This document shows, piece after piece, positions 1 to 7,222 of a DNA stretch of 24,000 bases. Origin of the DNA: an uncultured Clostridiaceae bacterium (GTDB taxonomy: Bacteria > Bacillota > Clostridia > Clostridiales > Clostridiaceae); contig CAWAAR010000003.1 in assembly GCA_963780135.1 (NCBI GenBank), forward strand, positions 3,709,701 to 3,733,700, in the 5' to 3' direction. Position numbers and translations under genes: made by a program. Below the pieces are notes generated by a model. That model did no database searches and had not been told where the DNA came from. It saw only the letters and a program-made list of their open reading frames with translations. The stretch's first letter is position 1. Each line of letters starts with the position of its first letter.

Positions 1-292
1 CAGCATCTGGATTTACCGTTTCTAACATCTCTACTACAATACAATCTTTTGGAAAACCTTCAATAACTTCTGGCCTTAAAAGATCTTTATCAAAATTTAT
101 AAATGCTGGCTTTCCTTCTGTAATCTTATCAAATCCTATAATTGAAAAACTATTTTTAATTACATCTAAAGTTGGATTTGAATTTTCTATAGAAATAAAT
201 TTATTGATATTGTTATTTCTAAAAAGAAGTTCATACGCTATTACCTGTTTGTTTATATCAAATATTGCTTGTCTAGCTACATATACTTCCAT
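1..292 (-). CDS. EAL-domain (c-di-GMP phosphodiesterase-type) protein, N-terminal part only; the gene runs off the window start
   Basis: Not in the ORF track because it is edge-truncated. My manual reverse-complement translation from the ATG at 292..290 gives MEVYVARQAIFDINKQVIAYELLFRNNNINKF... The ARQ-IFD...YELLFR pattern is the typical N-terminal signature of EAL domains, often of the EAL+HDOD type. The frame is open to position 1. Confidence 0.6.
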   Translation of the reverse strand, partial: MEVYVARQAIFDINKQVIAYELLFRNNNINKFISIENSNPTLDVIKNSFSIIGFDKITEGKPAFINFDKDLLRPEVIEGFPKDCIVVEMLETVNPDA

Positions 293-394
293 TTTACATA
301 CTCCTAAACTAATATTTTTTTATTACATTAAAAATTCTCTAATCATTGATTGGTATAACTTTTTTAAAGTATTCATTTATTTTTCTATTTTAAA

Positions 395-1450
395 TCAGCT
401 TATTATCACGCAGTTCCCACCATTATTTTTAGCTTTATAAAGTGCTCTATCTGCTCGTTTAAACCAGCATTCAAAAGATTCTGACTTTCGTCTTTCAGCT
501 ACACCTATACTAGCAGTTACTTGTCCCATATTTGGATACAAAGTTGACATAATAGATTGGCGCAATTTTTCTGCTAATATACGTCCTCTACTTAAATCTA
601 TTTGTGGTGCTAATATGGCAAATTCATCTCCACCCCATCTTGCAAATATATCATATTCACTGATTAATTTAATGCCTATATCTGCTACCTTCATCAAAAC
701 CTTATCCCCGGCGTCATGTCCACAAATATCATTAACACTTTTAAATTGATCTATATCTAAAAGAATTAATGTAAGTGGATCACTGTTGCTATTAGGTTCT
801 TCTATCTTTTCTATTATCTTTTTCTCAAAGAAATATCGATTATACAAATTAGTCACTTTGTCAGTAATAGCAATATTTTTTAGATGTTTGTTTTTATCAA
901 ACAATTCTTTCGTTAATCTAGATAGCTTTTTTTCTGACTCTCTCAAATTTTTAATAACTTCATTTTTTTCATGGATTTCATTTTTTAATCTTAATTCAAA
1001 TTTTTTTCTTTCTGTTAAATCTCTCGATACACCTAAAATATCCACATAATTTGTCTTTTCATTAAATACAAGTTTTGTAGATATTTCTATTGTCTTTATT
1101 TTTCCATCCTTACAGTATTGTTGAAACTCATCAATGCTGGATAAGATTTCTGAACTTTTGCTCCCTTCTAAAAACTCCTGTATTCTTTTTTCATTAATAA
1201 TTATTGATATCTTTTCTAAAGATTCTGGTGTTAATGAATCTTTAAGTTTTTCTTTCATTGCTTCGTTAGCATCTATTCCTCGTAAATCGATAATAGAAGG
1301 ACTAATATATTTAAAACACTTATTTGCTAAATCAAATAGCCATATACATTCAACTGTGTTTTCCACAATTAATTTATATATTTCAATACTTTCTAAACTA
1401 TCTTCTCCTTCACATTCTCTATTTTTTATTTTCTTATTTAAAATTTTCAT
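395..1450 (-). CDS. PAS-domain diguanylate cyclase (GGDEF)
   Basis: 351 aa. N-terminal PAS-like region, a coiled-coil linker, then a GGDEF domain with an intact active-site motif (ARWGGDEFAIL) and the DxFKxxND region (LDIDQFKSVND). No TM segments. RBS-like AAGGTAGG lies upstream of the ATG. Confidence 0.9.
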   Translation of the reverse strand: MKILNKKIKNRECEGEDSLESIEIYKLIVENTVECIWLFDLANKCFKYISPSIIDLRGIDANEAMKEKLKDSLTPESLEKISIIINEKRIQEFLEGSKSSEILSSIDEFQQYCKDGKIKTIEISTKLVFNEKTNYVDILGVSRDLTERKKFELRLKNEIHEKNEVIKNLRESEKKLSRLTKELFDKNKHLKNIAITDKVTNLYNRYFFEKKIIEKIEEPNSNSDPLTLILLDIDQFKSVNDICGHDAGDKVLMKVADIGIKLISEYDIFARWGGDEFAILAPQIDLSRGRILAEKLRQSIMSTLYPNMGQVTASIGVAERRKSESFECWFKRADRALYKAKNNGGNCVIIS

Positions 1451-1669
1451 TTTAGTAACCTACCTTAACTATAGCTTGTCCTTTTGCTGCTTAGTTTTAT
1501 ACCAAACAGTAAATTTGTTTCTAAAATTTAAAATCCGTTTTTTATGCACCTAAACTAGCCAAAATAAACATCCACATAACTATTGTTTTTACCTATTAAT
1601 ACTAATACCATAAATTTATTAAAAAACTCTTCCACTTTACATAAGCAAGCTCTCTTATGTAAAAAAACT

Positions 1670-1698
1670 AGTATAGCTAGATATATCATCATATGCAA
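1670..1698 (-). promoter_or_regulatory. Candidate sigma-A-type promoter for the GGDEF gene (-35 TTGCAT, 17-nt spacer, -10 TATACT on the minus strand)
   Basis: The minus strand reads TTGCAT atgatgatatatctagc TATACT. It lies just downstream of the terminator of the preceding gene and implies a leader of about 210 nt. AT-rich DNA produces such matches by chance. Confidence 0.3.
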
Positions 1699-1716
1699 TA
1701 GAAGTATCCTGGTAGT

Positions 1717-1766
1717 TAAAAAAAGTGATTAGTATATGTTAATTTTCAAAATATATACTAACCACT
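1717..1766 (-). terminator. Rho-independent terminator after the PocR-chemoreceptor gene
   Basis: On the plus strand, an A-run (1718-1724) is followed by arms agtgattagtatat / atatactaaccact (14 bp, one mismatch). On the minus strand this is a stem-loop followed by a T-run, starting 5 nt after the stop codon. Confidence 0.6.
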
Positions 1767-1770
1767 TATT

Positions 1771-2817
1771 TTATTTATGAGAGTTTGCTAAACCATTCAG
1801 CTCTTCTGTCAGTTCTGTAACTTCCTGTAAATTTGCAGTAACTTCTTGAATTGCAGCCGATTGCTGCTCTGTGGTTTCTAGTGTGGACTTAGACGATTCC
1901 ATAGTTTTATCCACCGATTCATGTATCTTACCTGTAAGTTCTGATATTTTTAAAGCTGTTTGCTTAGAGTTTTGAGATAACTTACCTATTTCTTTTGCAA
2001 CAACACCAAAACCCCTTCCTGCTTCTCCTGCTCTAGCTGCTTCTATGGATGCATTTAATCCAAGCATTTTAGTTTGGTCCGCTATGCTTTTTATTGAATC
2101 AAGTATTGAGTTAATTTCCGTAGATATATCTTTTACATTAACTATCTCTTGACTTAAAATATGTTGATTATTTGTAACATTAACTGATGATGCTGATAGT
2201 TCTTCCATAGTTGCTGAAATTTGATTAAAATTATCAGAAAGCACTCGAGACATGCTTTTTATTTTTAATTCTTCATATCCTGTTTTCGACAATGCATTGG
2301 CTATAATATACAGTACCTCTGCAGCTGCTTTCACGCTTTTTTCAGTAGTAACTTTTACTTTATTTACTACTTCCACATATCCATCTTCATTAACACCTAT
2401 TTCTTTTGCCGCTTCTCTATATTTTGATTCATTAGGTTTAGAAGTCAATAATTGTCCTCCTAAAATTGTTCCAATTTGCTTACCTTCTATTAATATAGGT
2501 GCAGCAAAATCAATTAGTCCTGCATGACAAGTGTAAACACATGGTCTTCCTGTTTTTGCAGCTTCTTCTCCGCCTTTTCTGTGAGATTCAGCACATCTAT
2601 CATAACCTACTTTAGTAGACTGTGTGAACTTCATACAAAAATCTGTATATGAACTAGGTTTAGTTACTGGATTTCCATTAACATCTACTGTTATACTAGC
2701 AATATCCATACTTTCTGAAAAATTGTCTTGAAATTTTTGAAGCAGTTCAATATCAATAACATCTTTTATTTCAAGTAAATTCAAATCAAAATCATTACCA
2801 TTAATTATTTTTAACAT
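1771..2817 (-). CDS. Soluble methyl-accepting chemotaxis protein with N-terminal PocR-type sensory domain
   Basis: The N-terminus has the PocR-like pattern (FC..F......G..RC..S.........G.P..Y.CHAGL.DFA.PI...G..IG....GQ). The C-terminus has the MCP signalling-domain core ([26 protein letters not shown]). No TM helices. I moved the start to the ATG at 2817 (MLKIING...). The TTG used by the track overlaps the GGAGAAG Shine-Dalgarno that serves this ATG. Confidence 0.85.
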   Translation of the reverse strand: MLKIINGNDFDLNLLEIKDVIDIELLQKFQDNFSESMDIASITVDVNGNPVTKPSSYTDFCMKFTQSTKVGYDRCAESHRKGGEEAAKTGRPCVYTCHAGLIDFAAPILIEGKQIGTILGGQLLTSKPNESKYREAAKEIGVNEDGYVEVVNKVKVTTEKSVKAAAEVLYIIANALSKTGYEELKIKSMSRVLSDNFNQISATMEELSASSVNVTNNQHILSQEIVNVKDISTEINSILDSIKSIADQTKMLGLNASIEAARAGEAGRGFGVVAKEIGKLSQNSKQTALKISELTGKIHESVDKTMESSKSTLETTEQQSAAIQEVTANLQEVTELTEELNGLANSHK

Positions 2818-2852
2818 AATAAACTTCTCCAATACAATAAAATTATTTAACC

Positions 2853-4550
2853 TTAGAGTTTAAATTTATTTAACTCTTTTGTTAATTGCTCTGCTGAACT
2901 AGTTAAACTTTGTGCAGTTTCAGATACAGAACCTGCAGAATTTTTCATCTCATGTGATGAAGCTGCAATTTCCTCTGCTGCTGCTGAATTTTCTTCTGAT
3001 ACAGCACTAGTATTCTCTATTTTCGATGCTACTGGCACCATATCACTATCCAATTTACTAATACCTACTGAAACCTTTTGTATATCAGGTATTATAATCT
3101 CTACAGCATCTATAATAGATTTAAATGAGTCTACAGCTGTATTTATTGTTGTTACTTCATTATTTAACTGTTTATTAACATCACCTGAGGTTTTTGCTAA
3201 ATTAGATGTCTCAGATGACACATTATTTAATAATCCACTAATTGTGTCAGAAGAATTTTTACTTTGATCTGCTAGCTTTCGGATTTCATCAGCTACCACA
3301 GAAAAGCCTCTTCCTGATTCTCCTGCCCTAGCAGCCTCAATTGCTGCATTAAGTGCAAGCAAATTTGTCTGTTCTGATATACTATTTATTAAGCTTGTTA
3401 TCTCATTAGCTTGATTTATGCTTATTTGAAGCTGTTTTATTCTATTTATTATTCCTTCAAAAGAATTGCTAATATTATTTAAGGATTCAACTAATCTTTC
3501 TAACTGCTTATTGCTTGTATTTGCCATACTGCCAATATTTCCTGTTACACTATTAGCTTCACCAATTAAAGTAGCAAACTCTTTTAGGGAAAAACCAAAT
3601 TCCTTTATAGAATCATTTACAAACATAAGTTCACCTGCCTGTTCAGTAGAACCATTAGCTACTTCTTCAATTGCTCCTGCAACCTCATCAGAGGTTGAAA
3701 ACATTTCTTCTGAAAGTGCATATAAACTCGATGCTCCTTGATCAATAGTGCAAGCAGTAGTTGTTATATTTCCTAATAAAGCTGCTATAGAATTTCTCAT
3801 ACTAAATAGCTGTTTATTCATATTGCCGAATTCTGTATTTGAAGAAGTATCTATTTCTGATGTAAAATCTCCTGAAGCTATTGTCTTTATAGTATTTGTC
3901 ATCTCATTTAAAAGCAATTTTAAATTAGAAACAAACAATACAGATATAAATAATAATAATAAAGTAGAAATAATTGCAACTATTATAAATGCTCTGTTAG
4001 AATAAATGGACTCTTTTTTATATTCTATGGTTTCAGCTGCTATAAGAGAGTTTTTATTTGCTATAGCACTTTTTATCCCTTCAGTAATGGAAGTCCCTTT
4101 CTTTGTAATTTGATCAGTCTGATTCTTAGTTATTTCAAGTCCTGATTTTTTTCTATTCTTCTCCTCATTATATATACTCATATAACTTGTATAATTATTT
4201 TCTATCTGTTTTACTTTTGCTGATTCATTATTATCTAATCCTATAGCTTTTATCTTTGTAAAACAGTCTTTCATTCTAGCATCTTCATTTTCAACATCCT
4301 TAATTTGTTCCTCTGAATAAGGTCTGTCAATAAATCTAGTCATGTATATCCTTAGTTCATTAAAATTTCCATTTATATCCCCATATCTCTCTATTACAGC
4401 AACATCACTAGAACTTAATTTAGTATAGTATTTATTAAGTTTTGAAGACGTTGTAAAACTAATAACTCCTATAAAGCTCAATGCTATAAATGATATAAGT
4501 ATCAAAGCCATAGTTCCCTGAATTAATTTTATTTTCTTTCTCAATTTCAT
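2853..4550 (-). CDS. Transmembrane methyl-accepting chemotaxis protein (periplasmic-type sensor, HAMP, MCP signalling domain)
   Basis: Two hydrophobic segments (about aa 20-40 and 195-215 of the track ORF) flank an extracytoplasmic domain of about 150 aa. These are followed by a HAMP-like linker and the MCP core ([30 protein letters not shown]). The start is set at MKLRKKIKL (ATG at 4550), preceded by a GGGGA RBS. The 7-aa extension in the track contains that RBS. The gap to the downstream chemoreceptor gene is 35 nt from the revised start at 2817, suggesting co-transcription. Confidence 0.9.
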   Translation of the reverse strand: MKLRKKIKLIQGTMALILISFIALSFIGVISFTTSSKLNKYYTKLSSSDVAVIERYGDINGNFNELRIYMTRFIDRPYSEEQIKDVENEDARMKDCFTKIKAIGLDNNESAKVKQIENNYTSYMSIYNEEKNRKKSGLEITKNQTDQITKKGTSITEGIKSAIANKNSLIAAETIEYKKESIYSNRAFIIVAIISTLLLLFISVLFVSNLKLLLNEMTNTIKTIASGDFTSEIDTSSNTEFGNMNKQLFSMRNSIAALLGNITTTACTIDQGASSLYALSEEMFSTSDEVAGAIEEVANGSTEQAGELMFVNDSIKEFGFSLKEFATLIGEANSVTGNIGSMANTSNKQLERLVESLNNISNSFEGIINRIKQLQISINQANEITSLINSISEQTNLLALNAAIEAARAGESGRGFSVVADEIRKLADQSKNSSDTISGLLNNVSSETSNLAKTSGDVNKQLNNEVTTINTAVDSFKSIIDAVEIIIPDIQKVSVGISKLDSDMVPVASKIENTSAVSEENSAAAEEIAASSHEMKNSAGSVSETAQSLTSSAEQLTKELNKFKL

Positions 4551-4670
4551 TTGTTTATCCCCTTCATGCATTTTGTTTTGTAAATTTATATAGTTTAAAA
4601 TGATAGTATAAGACCAAAATTGTTTTCTACAAAATTATCCTTATTAATTCAAAAAAGCTGTTTAGTATGT

Positions 4671-4696
4671 AGAAAAAAGGATAATCGTGTATCCTT
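4671..4696 (-). terminator. Rho-independent terminator downstream of the REC-AraC gene
   Basis: A perfect 7-bp stem aaggata/tatcctt with a 6-nt loop, followed on the minus strand by TTTTCT. Confidence 0.5.
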
Positions 4697-4711
4697 GTTT
4701 ACTATACACAA

Positions 4712-4772
4712 TTATCCTTATTAATTTAATGAAAAATATCATGTTCTTACCCTGAAATTTGTTAGATTATAT
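4712..4772. repeat. Copy 1 of a roughly 60-65 bp intergenic repeat (partner at 6021..6086)
   Basis: ttatccttattaatttaatgaaaaatatcatgttcttaccctgaaatttgttagattatatg aligns with ttttacttattaatttaaatgaaaaatatcatgtttttatcctgatttttgttggattttattataat, with few mismatches or indels. Both copies start within 50 nt (45 nt for this copy, 9 nt for the partner) downstream of the stop codon of a minus-strand gene. Confidence 0.7.
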
Positions 4773-4816
4773 GTAAAACCTATTTAGAAAAATATCTAAA
4801 ATGTTAGTGTTCTCAT

Positions 4817-5923
4817 CTAATTTGTTTTAGATATGCACTCACATTTAAAATTTGATGGTGATGTTCCTGTATATTTTTTAAATAATTTACCAAAATATTC
4901 AACATCTTTATATCCTAATTTATCAGCAATCTCATAATTTTTCATATTTCTATCCACCAATAACATTTTTGCTCTTTCCATTTTAACCATGGTTATATAC
5001 TCAACAAGAGATATTCCTGTATTTTTTTTGTATACTGTACTTAGATAGGAGCTATTTAAAAACATTTTATCTGCAATATTTCTAACAGAAATTTCAGTAT
5101 CAGTATTTTCAAGAACTACTTTGCATATTTGCCTGGTCATACTATTGACTGCGTTTCCAAAATCAAACTTTTTGACATTTATAATAAGCTCATTTATTAT
5201 TTGCAAAAAAGTTGTTCTGCTACCAGAAAAGTCAGAACACCTTGTAAAATCAATATCAATATACTTTGAAATATTTATAAACTTATGTAACCATGGATAT
5301 ATTCGCTCCATGTCTTCAATTAAATCTTCTACCATTTTATTTAAAACGTATGCCATTTTCATGGAATCATAATTAATAGCAGCAGCTGTAGTTTCAACTA
5401 AATTTGAAGCTACTTCAAGTACTCTTAAATCTGCATCCTTAAATAATCTGATTACTTTCTCGAGATCTTCTCTTTTATATAAAGTTTCTATTTTTTCTTC
5501 AAGCTGAACTTCCAAATTTTCGATTTTTTCCTTTTCCAGTCTTTTTGCAGTTATGTATTTTGAAGTCCTCTGCAGTAAATACTCCATTTTTTCCTCATCA
5601 ACAGGTTTTACAATATAATCAAAAGCTCCATATACAAGACCTTGCCTTGCATACTCAAACTCAGTATATTCACTTAAAAAAATAACACAAAGGCATAATT
5701 CTTTTTGGATAACCTTTTTCAAAAGATCTACACCATCCATAATTGGCATTTTTATGTCTGTGATTATAAGATCTACAGTTCTTTTTTCTAGCTTTTTAAG
5801 AGCTTCTTGTCCATTTTTAGCTTCATCTACAATAACAAATCCAGTTTGATCACCCCATACTTTTAATCTTTTTAGCTCTCTTCTCATAATTTCCATATCA
5901 TCTACAATCATAACCTGAAACAA
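4817..5923 (-). CDS. Response regulator with AraC-type HTH output (YesN-like), with no adjacent cognate kinase
   Basis: 368 aa. It has a REC domain (MIVDD...DLIITDIKMPIMDG...KP) and a C-terminal AraC/XylS double HTH (YLSTVYKKNTGISLVEYITMVKMERAKMLL....IADKLGYKDVEYFGKLFKKYTGTSPSNF). TTG start 5 nt after GAGGTGAGG. Confidence 0.85.
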   Translation of the reverse strand: MFQVMIVDDMEIMRRELKRLKVWGDQTGFVIVDEAKNGQEALKKLEKRTVDLIITDIKMPIMDGVDLLKKVIQKELCLCVIFLSEYTEFEYARQGLVYGAFDYIVKPVDEEKMEYLLQRTSKYITAKRLEKEKIENLEVQLEEKIETLYKREDLEKVIRLFKDADLRVLEVASNLVETTAAAINYDSMKMAYVLNKMVEDLIEDMERIYPWLHKFINISKYIDIDFTRCSDFSGSRTTFLQIINELIINVKKFDFGNAVNSMTRQICKVVLENTDTEISVRNIADKMFLNSSYLSTVYKKNTGISLVEYITMVKMERAKMLLVDRNMKNYEIADKLGYKDVEYFGKLFKKYTGTSPSNFKCECISKTN

Positions 5924-6020
5924 TCTGCCTCACCTCTTTTACTGACAATTATCAAACCATACTAAAATCTTCTAAAATTTATGTATTGAATTTTATTTTA
6001 CTGTTAATATTATACTAATT

Positions 6021-6086
6021 TTTACTTATTAATTTAAATGAAAAATATCATGTTTTTATCCTGATTTTTGTTGGATTTTATTATAA
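6021..6086. repeat. Copy 2 of the roughly 60-65 bp intergenic repeat (partner at 4712..4772)
   Basis: See copy 1. It lies immediately 3' of the REC-histidine kinase stop codon and upstream of the REC-AraC gene. Confidence 0.7.
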
Positions 6087-6094
6087 TTTGTCAT

Positions 6095-7222
6095 TTAGTC
6101 AGTAATATTAGGTAAAGTGAAATATACTGTTGCTCCTTCATTTAATTTACCCTCAATCCAAGTTTTTCCTCCATGCTTTTGAACTATTTTACGAACAGCA
6201 GCAAGTCCTATTCCACTCCCCTCAAATTCATCTGAGGAATGTAAACGCTCAAATATTCGAAATAATTTTCCTGAGAACTCCATATCAATACCCACACCAT
6301 TATCCTTTACATAGAAAACATACTCACTAACACCTCTTTTGCATCCAGCAATTATAAGTGCTTTTTCTCTATTTCCAGTAAATTTTATGGCATTGGAAAT
6401 TATATTATAAATTACTTGTTTTATCATAATTACATCTGCAAAAACAAGAGGCATTCCTGTTTCAAATTCAAATTCAATGGCTCTTTTTGAATAAATTGAT
6501 TTAAGTTCTTTAAAAGCCGAAGTGAACATTTCACTTATATTTACACTTTCTTTGCATATCTCTAGACGATTAGTTGTTGAATATTGTAGTAATTTTCCAA
6601 CCATAGTAATCATATCTCTACATATATCTTTTATATTAGAAACCATTTCACTAGCATCTTTATCTAGTAATGTCCTATAATCTTCAAGAATTATTTTGCT
6701 GTATCCTTGAATAGCCCTTAAGGGTGATTTTAAATCATGAGACACAGTATATGAAAAAGATTCAAGTTCATTAACAGCAGCTTCAAGCTCTAATTTTTTT
6801 TCTTCAAGAATTTCATTGCGCTGTGCTAACTCATACTGAGCAAGCTTCAACGACAAATGAGTATGTACCCTAGCTTTAACTTCAAGAATTTCAAAAGGTT
6901 TAGTTATATAGTCAACAGCACCTAATTCAAAACATTTTGTTTTACTGATTATATCTGTCATGGCAGTTAAAAAAATTATAGGTATGTCTTTTGCTAATTT
7001 ATTTTCTTTGATTCTCTTACATACTTCATATCCATCCATAATAGGCATCATAATATCTAATAAAATTATATCTGGAATCTCTATTTCTAAACTTTCTAAT
7101 GCAGATTTTCCATCCGTTGCAACTGAAATTTCATAATCATCACCAAAAGCTTCTACAAGAATATCAATATTTTCTTCTGTATCATCAACAATCAGCACTG
7201 TACACTCTGAAAGTTCTTTCAT
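6095..7222 (-). CDS. Cytoplasmic REC-histidine kinase (N-terminal receiver, HisKA, HATPase_c)
   Basis: 375 aa. It has a REC domain (LIVDD...DIILLDIMMPIMDG...KP), a coiled coil, an H-box (SYTVSHDLKSPL), and N/G boxes (NAIKF, DNGVGI, GSGIGLA). No TM segments. Its ATG overlaps the stop of the upstream hybrid kinase by 1 nt (TAATG). Confidence 0.9.
   Translation of the reverse strand: MKELSECTVLIVDDTEENIDILVEAFGDDYEISVATDGKSALESLEIEIPDIILLDIMMPIMDGYEVCKRIKENKLAKDIPIIFLTAMTDIISKTKCFELGAVDYITKPFEILEVKARVHTHLSLKLAQYELAQRNEILEEKKLELEAAVNELESFSYTVSHDLKSPLRAIQGYSKIILEDYRTLLDKDASEMVSNIKDICRDMITMVGKLLQYSTTNRLEICKESVNISEMFTSAFKELKSIYSKRAIEFEFETGMPLVFADVIMIKQVIYNIISNAIKFTGNREKALIIAGCKRGVSEYVFYVKDNGVGIDMEFSGKLFRIFERLHSSDEFEGSGIGLAAVRKIVQKHGGKTWIEGKLNEGATVYFTLPNITD

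Noticed and set aside
2818-2832. N-terminal extensions in the track ORFs: 2818..2832, 4551..4571, 12207..12218, 13613..13621, 20535..20618.
   Set aside because: In each case the extension starts at a non-ATG or upstream codon that overlaps the Shine-Dalgarno sequence serving an internal ATG. For 20535..20618 it would also overlap the upstream permease. For the tautomerase it would bury the catalytic N-terminal Pro.
4729-4755. Conserved 8-codon mini-ORF on the plus strand inside both copies of the 65-bp repeat: MKNIMFLP* at 4729..4755 and MKNIMFLS* at 6038..6064.
   Set aside because: No Shine-Dalgarno sequence precedes either ATG, and the ORFs are antisense to the surrounding operon. With only two copies, conservation of the frame cannot be distinguished from conservation of the DNA element. 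I kept it as a note under the repeat finding rather than as a CDS.
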